Source: an uncultured Acidobacteriota bacterium (lineage in GTDB: Bacteria; Acidobacteriota; Thermoanaerobaculia; Multivoradales; JAHEKO01). From it: a stretch of 64,000 nt of DNA. Both the position numbers and the translations under genes were made by a program. Shown piece by piece: positions 47,182 to 55,315 of the stretch. The notes beneath the pieces are model-generated. The model had not been told where the DNA came from, made no database searches, and was given only the letters and a program-made list of their open reading frames with translations. The stretch is taken from positions 256,001-320,000 of the forward strand of contig CAVQNG010000014.1 of NCBI GenBank assembly GCA_963713825.1. Direction: 5' to 3'. The stretch's first letter is position 1. Each line of letters begins with the position of its first letter.

Positions 47182-48690
47182 TCAAGTCTTCGAAGCGGTC
47201 GCTACTGGCTCGGAGTATCTCGATTCCATCGCCAATTCGGGCAAGCCGTCTACGCCGGCCTCCCGGGCCTCGCTCTGCATGATCTCCTCGAGGTAGGTTG
47301 TCACAGAAGCATCGAGAGGCTCTGGTTCGTGCCGTGTCAGGATCGACAGTACCCGCTCGCTGGCACGGGTGGCCGAGTCCTTCGCACCGGCCGCCTCCCA
47401 TTCGCCGAGCGTGGCGCGATCGATCACATCACTGGGATAGTAGCCTTCCTGCCGGAACCACTTGGCAGTGTGCTCCAACGATAGGAATTCTTTGGCGACT
47501 AGGCCTTCTTCCAGGATGGGAAGCGCGATGGGGTCATCGCGCAGCTCGATACCCGCTGCCAACCGTAGGACCAATCCACAGATCTCGTGATCCAGGACGA
47601 GTTTCTCCAGGCTTTGACAAGTTTCGAAATCGTGCATGCCCGGTCCGGAGACGTTGTTGACGCCGCTCACTGCGGCAAGGGTCGCTCCCATGGCGCTTTC
47701 CATTCCGGCCTGAAAGTCGACCACCTTCGAGTCGCTCATCGCCATGTAGGCGTGCGTCGGAACGTTGAGGTGTTTGCCAATCTCCGCATAGGCGCCGTCG
47801 ATCATCTGGGTCTCGACGGCCCCCATGGGGGTGGTGCCCTTGCGCATGTCGAAGAATGCGGGTGAGCCTCCGTAAATAATGGGCGAGCCGGGCCTGGCGA
47901 GCTGGTGAATGGTGATGCCGCTGAGGTTCTCGGCGCAGTGTTGTGTTATCGCGCCCGCCAGGGTGACCGGCGAGGTGGCACCGGTCAAGGGCATGGAGAC
48001 GAGCTCGGCGGGGACGCCGGTCTTGGCGCAATCGATCAGGGCCTGGGCGGTGAGGTCGCTCCACATCAGCGGAGGCGAAGGACAGCAATCGAAGATGGCA
48101 AGAGGCTTCTCCCGCAGCTTTTCCGCGTCACCACGAACCGCAGAGAGCATGTCGTGCATCACCCGGAAAGCGCGTTTCTCGAAGGTGCCGGTGACGATCG
48201 GCTTCGTCGAGGAGAGCAGCCCGATGTAGACACGATAGCGGTCGGCGAGATCCTCAGGCACGTCCCCGGGGATGACTCCAGTGCTCTGGGCTGCGTAGTT
48301 GGGGAGCGCGTCTGTCAGACGAGAAAAAGCGACGACATCCGACGTTACAGGTGTCCTCGCCTTGCCCAGTTGGTAGTCGAAGACCCGTAGAGCTGCCGAA
48401 CCGGGATTGAAATGGACTCGGTCGCCTCCGAGATCCATGGTCATCGCACCGTTGCGGTCGAAGACCTGGATGCGGCTGGGAGCGCTTTGCAGGGCCGACT
48501 CGATCATTGGCGCCGGAATCAAGACTCTTCCCATGCTCCGGTCGATTTTGGCGCCGGCACCATCGAGGAGCTCGATCGCTTCGTCATTCTCCACAAAGAC
48601 GCCGACGCGTTCGAGAACCTCGACAGCCTCTTCGACGATCTTCTCTCGTTCCTTCTCGCTGAACCATCGAACACGGGGTTGTAAGCTCAT
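47182..48690 (-). CDS. Trimethylamine methyltransferase (MttB) superfamily protein, non-pyrrolysine type
   Basis: SPPLMW, GATSPVTLAG, PGSPIIYG, DMRKG, SDSKVVDFQAGMES, SLEKLVLD; no in-frame amber codon. Confidence 0.88.
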   Translation of the reverse strand: MSLQPRVRWFSEKEREKIVEEAVEVLERVGVFVENDEAIELLDGAGAKIDRSMGRVLIPAPMIESALQSAPSRIQVFDRNGAMTMDLGGDRVHFNPGSAALRVFDYQLGKARTPVTSDVVAFSRLTDALPNYAAQSTGVIPGDVPEDLADRYRVYIGLLSSTKPIVTGTFEKRAFRVMHDMLSAVRGDAEKLREKPLAIFDCCPSPPLMWSDLTAQALIDCAKTGVPAELVSMPLTGATSPVTLAGAITQHCAENLSGITIHQLARPGSPIIYGGSPAFFDMRKGTTPMGAVETQMIDGAYAEIGKHLNVPTHAYMAMSDSKVVDFQAGMESAMGATLAAVSGVNNVSGPGMHDFETCQSLEKLVLDHEICGLVLRLAAGIELRDDPIALPILEEGLVAKEFLSLEHTAKWFRQEGYYPSDVIDRATLGEWEAAGAKDSATRASERVLSILTRHEPEPLDASVTTYLEEIMQSEAREAGVDGLPELAMESRYSEPVATASKT

Positions 48691-48828
48691 TGCCTCGTCC
48701 CTCTCACCGTTGAAGAAATTACATCGAGTTGCCGATGTAGAAATCGACTGGTTCCAAACTGCCTGAAGTCGGCGCAGCCTGTCACTGCGCCCGCCGAATC
48801 AAGCTAGCAGAAGGGAGGACTGCTTAGA

Positions 48829-48844
48829 CCACCCCGAAGGGTGG
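48829..48844 (-). terminator. CCACCC-TTCG-GGGTGG hairpin (cUUCGg tetraloop) after the 48894-49745 gene
   Basis: Perfect 6-bp stem; no U-tract, so a terminator role is uncertain. Confidence 0.4.
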
Positions 48845-48893
48845 GTTGGAGAGGCGCTGGGCGAATCTGGCAGCAGCGCTACCTATACGAAGC

Positions 48894-49745
48894 TCAGGGT
48901 AGAACGTCGATGGTGATCGGTTGTGTCAACTCCAGGATCATTTCGGTTCCAGCCGGGACCTCGACGGGCTTGCCTTTCGTCTTCTTGGCTGCGAAGGCTC
49001 CGCCGATGCCCCCAGCCACTGCACCGATGATCGTTCCCGTGTCTCCGCCTACTTGCTTGCCGAGCACTGCCCCTCCCAGGGTGGCACCGCCGATGATGGC
49101 GGCGTCCTTCCCCGTCTGGCTCTTGCCTTTCTGGGAGAAGACCGCAGCAATGGGATAGGTTGCACCGTTGGTCAGGCTCAGCGTCTCGAAATCCAAGGCC
49201 AAGCGGGCACGGCCGCCAATCTTCTTGGCAGGCTCTGCCTCGATGACCCTGCCGTGGATCGTTGCTCCGGCGGGTATGACCAGCTTCTCGCCCACCAGAA
49301 CGGGTTTGGTGACCCGAGCTTGGAACGGTTGACCTACCTCACTGGTATGGCTCGATAATGTCTGCCGAAACTGGACATCGATTGTCTCGCCCGCCACTAC
49401 CGTCAGGGGCACAGGATGAGGCTTCGGCCTCGGAGCGGTGGCAGGAGTCGGTTCTGGAGCCTGCGAGTACGGCGCTGGCGATGCTGCTGCCTGAGGTTGC
49501 TGGGGCGGTTGAACAGGTACTGAAACAGGGCTGGCCGAAGGCGATTCGGAGTCCGCCTCGACCTGAACTGCTGCAGGTTCAGTGTCCTGAAGATCCGCAG
49601 TCAGCTGCGATTGCGCCGTCTCAGTGGGGATTTCTTCCCGGCTGCTCACCTCGTCCTGGTTCTTGACCCCGCACGTAGACAGCAGCAGATACGAGCCTGA
49701 GAGTAGCAACGCGAGCAGAAGTGACGGCTTGGCTTGTAATGGCAT
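48894..49745 (-). CDS. Putative lipoprotein with Pro-rich linker, TrbI-like beta domain and glycine zipper
   Basis: Hydrophobic leader ending LSTC; LSS...GQPF.A.V...IPAGATIHGRV; IIGGATLGGAVLG...IIGAVAGGIGG. Confidence 0.7.
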   Translation of the reverse strand: MPLQAKPSLLLALLLSGSYLLLSTCGVKNQDEVSSREEIPTETAQSQLTADLQDTEPAAVQVEADSESPSASPVSVPVQPPQQPQAAASPAPYSQAPEPTPATAPRPKPHPVPLTVVAGETIDVQFRQTLSSHTSEVGQPFQARVTKPVLVGEKLVIPAGATIHGRVIEAEPAKKIGGRARLALDFETLSLTNGATYPIAAVFSQKGKSQTGKDAAIIGGATLGGAVLGKQVGGDTGTIIGAVAGGIGGAFAAKKTKGKPVEVPAGTEMILELTQPITIDVLP

Positions 49746-49965
49746 GAGATCCTCCCTTGGTCGAAATGCGAAGCCTGCTGGAGGTCCTTCTAGCATTCTG
49801 CATGCCGGCGCACCGGAGCACTGTGGACTATCAACACTACCCTTTCACCGACCGGAACGGCGCAGTCCAGTCGGGTATGCGGTGGCTTGGCCATCGCGCG
49901 CCACGGACTCGAGAGATGACAGGAGGTACTCGGGTACGAAAGAGAGGGGAGTGAGGGAGGGAGGT

Positions 49966-50355
49966 TCAGTTGAAGGTGGGGAGGACATCACCGTGGTGAA
50001 TTGTCACCTGCTGAATGCGGGTGGTCCTGACCCGATTGCCAAACTCCAGGAAGAGGCCGGGAGCGGCGAGGATGTCGCTCTTGATGGCGCTGCCACCCCA
50101 TGTACAGCCGTTGATATTGACGGTCAGAGGAGCAGCGTGGTTCTGGTCGAACCATCCACCGGCCACGGAGTATGACTCGCCGCCCAAGAAACAGATCGAG
50201 TAAGTGGAGTTCTTGGTGACGACGACCACCCAGTCGCCTCTCGAGAGATCCGACTTGAGTACAGGGTTTATGTCGCCGGCATGCTCGACAATGGCTCCCA
50301 AGGTGCGAGCCGGGAGGGCGTCATGCACGCCGCTGGCATCAGGCGAATCGTCCAT
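49966..50355 (-). CDS. Hypothetical 129-aa beta-rich protein
   Basis: Globular composition (VTKNSTY, GCTWGGSAIK, LEFG); has its own upstream promoter. Confidence 0.65.
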   Translation of the reverse strand: MDDSPDASGVHDALPARTLGAIVEHAGDINPVLKSDLSRGDWVVVVTKNSTYSICFLGGESYSVAGGWFDQNHAAPLTVNINGCTWGGSAIKSDILAAPGLFLEFGNRVRTTRIQQVTIHHGDVLPTFN

Positions 50356-50378
50356 TTTTGCTGCCCCAGGTTTTGCCC

Positions 50379-50407
50379 ATGGTAAGCAACCACGTTGTCC
50401 TAGTCAA
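50379..50407 (-). promoter_or_regulatory. sigma70 promoter TTGACT-N17-TACCAT
   Basis: Near-consensus boxes with exact 17-nt spacing, 23 nt upstream of ATG 50355. Confidence 0.65.
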
Positions 50408-50435
50408 TTATGGGTCTCACCAGACCTGGGATGGG

Positions 50436-50479
50436 GGCGCCCGAAGCCGCAGAGTCCTTGGGGACTGCGGTTCGCCGCC
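50436..50479. terminator. GC-rich hairpin downstream of the redoxin-tlpA operon
   Basis: CGAA/TTCG, CCGCAG/CTGCGG and TCC/GGA nested stems; no clear U-tract. Confidence 0.4.
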
Positions 50480-50510
50480 TTCGGCCAAGGGGGCCGTGGG
50501 AATTCTTGTC

Positions 50511-51086
50511 TCAGCTGGCGGCCAGGAGCTCTTCGATCGCGTCGGCGACGTCTGCGTCGGTGTACTGGTTGTTGGGATCGTCTCCGGTGAGTCGATAGCG
50601 GAGAACCCCGTCAGGCCCATAGATGAAGACGGCTGGAATTCCAAGCAAGTCGAGCTTCTCGAAGGCGTGCGTCACGACCTCATCCATCAGGTAGTTCGGA
50701 AACGTCGCCTTCTGCTCGGTCAAAAACTTCCTGGCGAGCTCGATAGCATCTGCATCGTCTCTGTCGTCGAGGCACAGGGATACGAACTCGACGCCTTGAT
50801 CGGCGAATTCCGTGGACAATTCCACCATGTGAGGGAACCTCTCGATGCAGGGCAGGCACCAGGTGGCCCACATGTCGACCACCACGATCTGTCCCTGTAG
50901 CGAGTGCAGCTCTTCCTGCCAACCTTCGAAGCTCACGGGCTCGAGAGTGGCTTTCCACTGAGAGGGCTTGACGGCTTCAGGTGCGCCAGTCCCGGCTGCT
51001 GTCTGAGCCGGTTCGGGTTCGGATCCACAGCCGACAGCGAAGCAGGTGGCCACGGCCAGAGCCGCTGCGAGGCGCCGAGTTCTCAT
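50511..51086 (-). CDS. TlpA/ResA-family thiol:disulfide oxidoreductase lipoprotein
   Basis: Lipobox AVGC; VVDMWATWCLPC; GIP cis-Pro motif. Confidence 0.9.
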   Translation of the reverse strand: MRTRRLAAALAVATCFAVGCGSEPEPAQTAAGTGAPEAVKPSQWKATLEPVSFEGWQEELHSLQGQIVVVDMWATWCLPCIERFPHMVELSTEFADQGVEFVSLCLDDRDDADAIELARKFLTEQKATFPNYLMDEVVTHAFEKLDLLGIPAVFIYGPDGVLRYRLTGDDPNNQYTDADVADAIEELLAAS

Positions 51087-51091
51087 CGGCG

Positions 51092-51733
51092 TCAGTCCTG
51101 CGCGTACTCGACAGAGCAGCCATGAGCGCGGGTCTCGGCAACGGCAATCTCCTGGCCGGCCAGAAGCGCTTTGACCGCGTCCGCGACATAGAACTGCGTG
51201 GGGTCGCCCTCGGTGTAGTTGATAGTGCCGTCTTGCCGTTTCGAAGCCGGTGAATTGTGCAGGAGACCCATGTAGACGAGCTCGCGATCCTTGTTGAAGA
51301 CGTAGTATTCGGGAGTCCTGGTGGCACCCAGCTCTCTGCCGAGTTGCTGGCTCTCGTCGTAGATGTAGGTGAAGTTGTAGCCGGCCTCGGCTCCATGCTT
51401 CTTCATCGCGGGCAGTCGATCATCCTCGCGATGATTCACGCTGACGCCGATGATGCGGACCTTGTCGCTCTGAATGGCCTCTCCGAGCTCGATCAGATCC
51501 GGGTCCATCCCCTTGACCCAAGGACAGTGATTGGCGAGGAAGACGAGGATTACAACCTCCTCCTTCAGATCGGCGTAAGAGAGGGTTGTCCCATCAGTTG
51601 AAGGCAAGTCGGAGAACTGCGGCATTGGTGCGCCAATTTCGACGACAGCGTTGTATTCGCCGGCTTGCAGAACGACGGGCAGAACAACAAGCATCAAAAC
51701 GGATGTGGCCAGGATGAGTCCTCGAAGATTCAT
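51092..51733 (-). CDS. Exported AhpC/TSA redoxin-family protein
   Basis: Signal peptide; ANHCPWV, YDESQ, GATRTPE, C-terminal GCSV. Confidence 0.85.
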   Translation of the reverse strand: MNLRGLILATSVLMLVVLPVVLQAGEYNAVVEIGAPMPQFSDLPSTDGTTLSYADLKEEVVILVFLANHCPWVKGMDPDLIELGEAIQSDKVRIIGVSVNHREDDRLPAMKKHGAEAGYNFTYIYDESQQLGRELGATRTPEYYVFNKDRELVYMGLLHNSPASKRQDGTINYTEGDPTQFYVADAVKALLAGQEIAVAETRAHGCSVEYAQD

Positions 51734-51776
51734 GGCGCCTCCTCAGGTGTTGATGTTCGGACGATCGGGGATTGTA

Positions 51777-52205
51777 TCAATCGGGTCGAGCGGCCAGAAG
51801 GCTCTCGGCGAACCGGGTCATGAGCCGCTTCAGATCGGGCTCCTGGACTCTGCGAGCTGCCTCTTGCGGTGCGAACCAACGACGATCACGAGTGCTTTCG
51901 GGCCAACTCTCGGAGAGTCGCTCCACCTGCAGGGGGAAGACTTGCACTGTGCAGACCCCACCCCATTTCTCGTAGCGGTAGGTGCCAACGGTGTGCGCTG
52001 TGGCGAGGCCTTCGAGACCAGCTTCCTCCCAGGCCTCCTTGACTGCCGAATCGACGGCGCTCAAACCTGGTTCGACGACGCCCTTGGGGAGTACCCAGCG
52101 CTTCTTGCGTCGGGATGAGACCAGGAGAATCTCTACCCGACCGTCGAGAATGCGGTAGGGGAGAACCGCGGACTGGGTGTAGAAGTGCTCTGGTACTTCG
52201 GTCAT
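51777..52205 (-). CDS. NUDIX hydrolase (DIPP-like)
   Basis: LLVSSR, WVLPKG and Nudix box GVVEPGLSAVDSAVKEAWEEAGL. Confidence 0.92.
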   Translation of the reverse strand: MTEVPEHFYTQSAVLPYRILDGRVEILLVSSRRKKRWVLPKGVVEPGLSAVDSAVKEAWEEAGLEGLATAHTVGTYRYEKWGGVCTVQVFPLQVERLSESWPESTRDRRWFAPQEAARRVQEPDLKRLMTRFAESLLAARPD

Positions 52206-52211
52206 TGATAC

Positions 52212-52694
52212 TCAGTAGAGATAGGCGACCACGAAGATCCCGAGCATTGCGAAGATCAGGGCAAGGCGGGCGGCGACGCTCAGCACCAGGCCGATCCAGG
52301 CGCCAGCGCCAGCTCGGCTCGCTTCGAGCAGGCCCCGGCGGGCCAGCAACTCCCCAACGACCGCGCCGACAAAGGGTCCGACCACGACACCGATGAAGCC
52401 GAAGAACATTCCGACCAGGGCGCCGAGGATGGCACCGACTACCCCCCAACGGCTGGCTCCGAGACGGCGAGCTCCGTAGGCACCGGCCAGGAAGTCGAGG
52501 ACGTAGAAGAGAACCGTCAGGATCGCAAGGACTCCGAGCACGGCCCAGCCGACACGGCTGAAGTCGTCGGCCCAGGCTCCGGCGAACATGCCCAGAAAGA
52601 CGAGCAGGGCACCAGGCATCACCGGCAGCAGAGTGCCAACGAGACCTACCAGTATCAGGACAAATGCCAGGACCCAGAGCAAGACCACTGTCAT
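52212..52694 (-). CDS. DUF456 (YqgC-like) membrane protein
   Basis: GLVGTLLPVMPG, YGARRLGAS, GPFVGAVVGEL. Confidence 0.88.
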   Translation of the reverse strand: MTVVLLWVLAFVLILVGLVGTLLPVMPGALLVFLGMFAGAWADDFSRVGWAVLGVLAILTVLFYVLDFLAGAYGARRLGASRWGVVGAILGALVGMFFGFIGVVVGPFVGAVVGELLARRGLLEASRAGAGAWIGLVLSVAARLALIFAMLGIFVVAYLY

Positions 52695-52741
52695 TGTCGA
52701 GGAGCCTACCAGAGCGCGGGATGTCGTAGGATGGGAGAGCT

Positions 52742-53131
52742 ATGAGCCCGCAGGAGACTCATGAAGGCGTTTTCTCGACGCTGACCTTCGACGATTTCTG
52801 GGAATGGGTCGCAGTGCACCCGAACTGTATTCTTCGGGCTGGGATTCAGAACTCGGTGATCTATGACGACGAGGACTACCATTGGCAGTTCGCTCAGGAC
52901 AACCCCGAGACGTTGCTCGTCCAGGTCATCCGAGGCAAACGTCTGGTGGGTGAGTTCGCCGTCTATCGTGAGCGAGTGGCGTATGTCCAGAGCTTGGCGG
53001 GGGACCAGGAGGGCGAGGTCCTTTTCGAAGCGGTCGCCGCCGACGAAGCCGAGTCTCCTCTCGTCTGCTTTTTCGTCATGTCCCACGGCTTCGACGCCGA
53101 AATCGACGATTCGCTCCATCCGGTCCACTGA
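52742..53131 (+). CDS. Hypothetical acidic 129-aa protein
   Basis: GGAG RBS; globular sequence (FWEWVAVHPNCILRAG); fills the gap between flanking genes. Confidence 0.7.
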   Translation: MSPQETHEGVFSTLTFDDFWEWVAVHPNCILRAGIQNSVIYDDEDYHWQFAQDNPETLLVQVIRGKRLVGEFAVYRERVAYVQSLAGDQEGEVLFEAVAADEAESPLVCFFVMSHGFDAEIDDSLHPVH

Positions 53132-53174
53132 GCTTGGACGCCCCAGTCTAATCCGTCGACGTCTCTTCGACGGT

Positions 53175-53564
53175 TCAACTATAGGCAAAAAGGGCGGCCA
53201 CAGCGCCAGCTGGATCTTGAATGACGCAGTAGCGGCCCATCTCTCCCATATTCTTGGGCCCACTCAGGACACTGCCGCCCATCTCCTCACAACGCCCTGC
53301 ACTGGCATCGACATCCTCCACGGTGATGTAGATCAACCACTGAGCTGGCAGACCGGCGTTGCCACCTCTGGCGTGACAGATGCCAGCCTTGGGCTCGCCA
53401 CTGGCAGGGGCCGCCATGTTGAAGTCGTCGTAGTCGCCCATGGAGACTGGGCTGTGCTGCCAACCTGCCACCGCGGCATAGAAGTCCCTGATGCGGGGGG
53501 CGTCTTCCACGGTCAAGTCGATCCAGCCGACGGAACCGATCTCGGGGTTCTTGTGCTCTGTCAT
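53175..53564 (-). CDS. VOC/glyoxalase family protein
   Basis: WIDLTV, FYAAVAGW, WLIYITVEDVD, IQDPAGA. Confidence 0.9.
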   Translation of the reverse strand: MTEHKNPEIGSVGWIDLTVEDAPRIRDFYAAVAGWQHSPVSMGDYDDFNMAAPASGEPKAGICHARGGNAGLPAQWLIYITVEDVDASAGRCEEMGGSVLSGPKNMGEMGRYCVIQDPAGAVAALFAYS

Positions 53565-53577
53565 GGGGCCTCCGATC

Positions 53578-55119
53578 TCACTGGGATGGCGTCGCCGTTC
53601 GGATGAAGTCAGCCACGTCCTGTTTGAATTTGGCGTGATCCACTTCGCGTATGTACATCATGTGACCAGCCTCGTAGTAGGCGATGGAGATGTTGTCGCG
53701 CAGCCCTTCCGGAAGGCCGAGATGGGCAACGGAGAACGGCGTATCGAAATAGGGGGTCGCCAGATCGTAGTAGCCAGAAGTGAATAGGACGCGAAGTGCA
53801 GGGTTGCGTGTGATGGCCTGCCGCAGGTCCTCCGATACGTTGACGTATCGGTTGGTGTTCTCCCCCCAGGTCCAATCACGCCACAGGCGAGCTGAAGCTC
53901 GAAATACCAAGTCGGTTTCGTATCCGAGCTCGCGACGCAAATAGTCGTTGAGCAGGGTGACATAGCCGACCCCGACGGCTTCGCTGGCTGGGTCGTACTC
54001 GTTGCGCTCGCCGGCAGAATCACGATCGAACCCGGTGAAACGGGTGTCGAGACGTCCGACGGTCCTACCGTCGGCGCGCAGGAGCTCTTTGACGAAACGC
54101 CAGTTGGCGATCCTCAGGTTGGTGCTCTTGACGTAGTTCCGAGAAAGGCCGGTGTAGGTAGCAAGACGCTCCTCAATCGAGTCTCTCTCTGCCGCGGAGA
54201 GCCAGTCGCCCTGGATCAGGGCGGCGGCGTAGTCGCCGACTGCGAAGGCCTCGACCTCGTCGAGGAACGAGCGCAGGTCCCGGGATTGGTCGTTCTCGAG
54301 GCGTTGGTGGAACCAGGCGGTCGCTGCGTACGTTGGAAGGTGGGTGATGTAGGCAGTGTCATTGCCCGGATGAATCTCCTGGTTCTGCCAGTTGAGAATC
54401 GTCGAGATCATCACCAGACCATTGAGATACATGCCGTGCCGTTGCTGCAGATGGAGGGCGAGCCCAGCACTACGGGTCGTGCCATAGCTCTCCCCGGCGA
54501 TGAACTTCGGCGATGCCCATCGTTCGTTGCGCGTCGTCCAGAGGCGAATGAACTCTCCCACCGACTCGATATCCCCTCGCAGGCTGTAAAACTGCTTGGG
54601 ATCGGCGCCAGGGGCGGGACGACTGTAGCCAGTGCCTACCGGATCGATGAATACCAGATCGCTGACGTCGAGTATGGAGTGGGGGTTGGTAACGAGGCGG
54701 CCTGGAGGAGGCATGGGCATCCCCTCGGGGTCGGCGAGGACCTTCTTGGGACCGAAAGCTCCCAGGTGGACCCAGACGGCCGCCGAGCCGGGACCCCCGT
54801 TGAAGCTGAAGGTCACCGGTCTGCCGGCGGGGTCAGTAACGCCCTCGCGCTCATACGCGACGTAGAAGACAGAGGCCTGAGGTTCTCCCTCCTCGTTGGT
54901 CAGAACCAGAGTACCGGCAGTAGCCTTGTAGTCGATCCGGTTACCATCCAGGACGATCGATTGATGGGTGATCGAGCTGGTCTCCTCTAAGTCCGCAGAG
55001 AGCTTCTTGGCCTCCTCAACTGACGTCTCGTCAGACTCCGCGGATACGAGTGGGCATACGAACAGAAAAACGAGCAACCACGTGGCACTGAGCAGGGACA
55101 TCATGCCTTCTCTTCGCAT
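53578..55119 (-). CDS. Peptidase S10 serine carboxypeptidase, exported
   Basis: FNGGPGS, IDPVGTGYS, GESYG nucleophile, GYYDLATP, AGHMMY. Confidence 0.92.
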   Translation of the reverse strand: MRREGMMSLLSATWLLVFLFVCPLVSAESDETSVEEAKKLSADLEETSSITHQSIVLDGNRIDYKATAGTLVLTNEEGEPQASVFYVAYEREGVTDPAGRPVTFSFNGGPGSAAVWVHLGAFGPKKVLADPEGMPMPPPGRLVTNPHSILDVSDLVFIDPVGTGYSRPAPGADPKQFYSLRGDIESVGEFIRLWTTRNERWASPKFIAGESYGTTRSAGLALHLQQRHGMYLNGLVMISTILNWQNQEIHPGNDTAYITHLPTYAATAWFHQRLENDQSRDLRSFLDEVEAFAVGDYAAALIQGDWLSAAERDSIEERLATYTGLSRNYVKSTNLRIANWRFVKELLRADGRTVGRLDTRFTGFDRDSAGERNEYDPASEAVGVGYVTLLNDYLRRELGYETDLVFRASARLWRDWTWGENTNRYVNVSEDLRQAITRNPALRVLFTSGYYDLATPYFDTPFSVAHLGLPEGLRDNISIAYYEAGHMMYIREVDHAKFKQDVADFIRTATPSQ

Positions 55120-55315
55120 CGGGACCTCCTGGTTCAGGGGCCTGAATCGGTGGACTCGGGCTCGGCCGGAATGGTAACAGCAGTGCCAGTGCTTCGACCC
55201 GGCGACCTCGGATCAGAGATCCTTAGCAGGCTTGTTGGCGATAGACTGGCAGCGTAACAAGGAGCCGGATCGGCGATATAGGACCTCGAGTTTGCGAGGC
55301 ACGAAAGGAACCATC

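Noticed and set aside
47182-48690. Pyrrolysine readthrough in the MttB homologue
   Set aside because: The ORF is continuous with no in-frame TAG, and no pyl genes are in the window.
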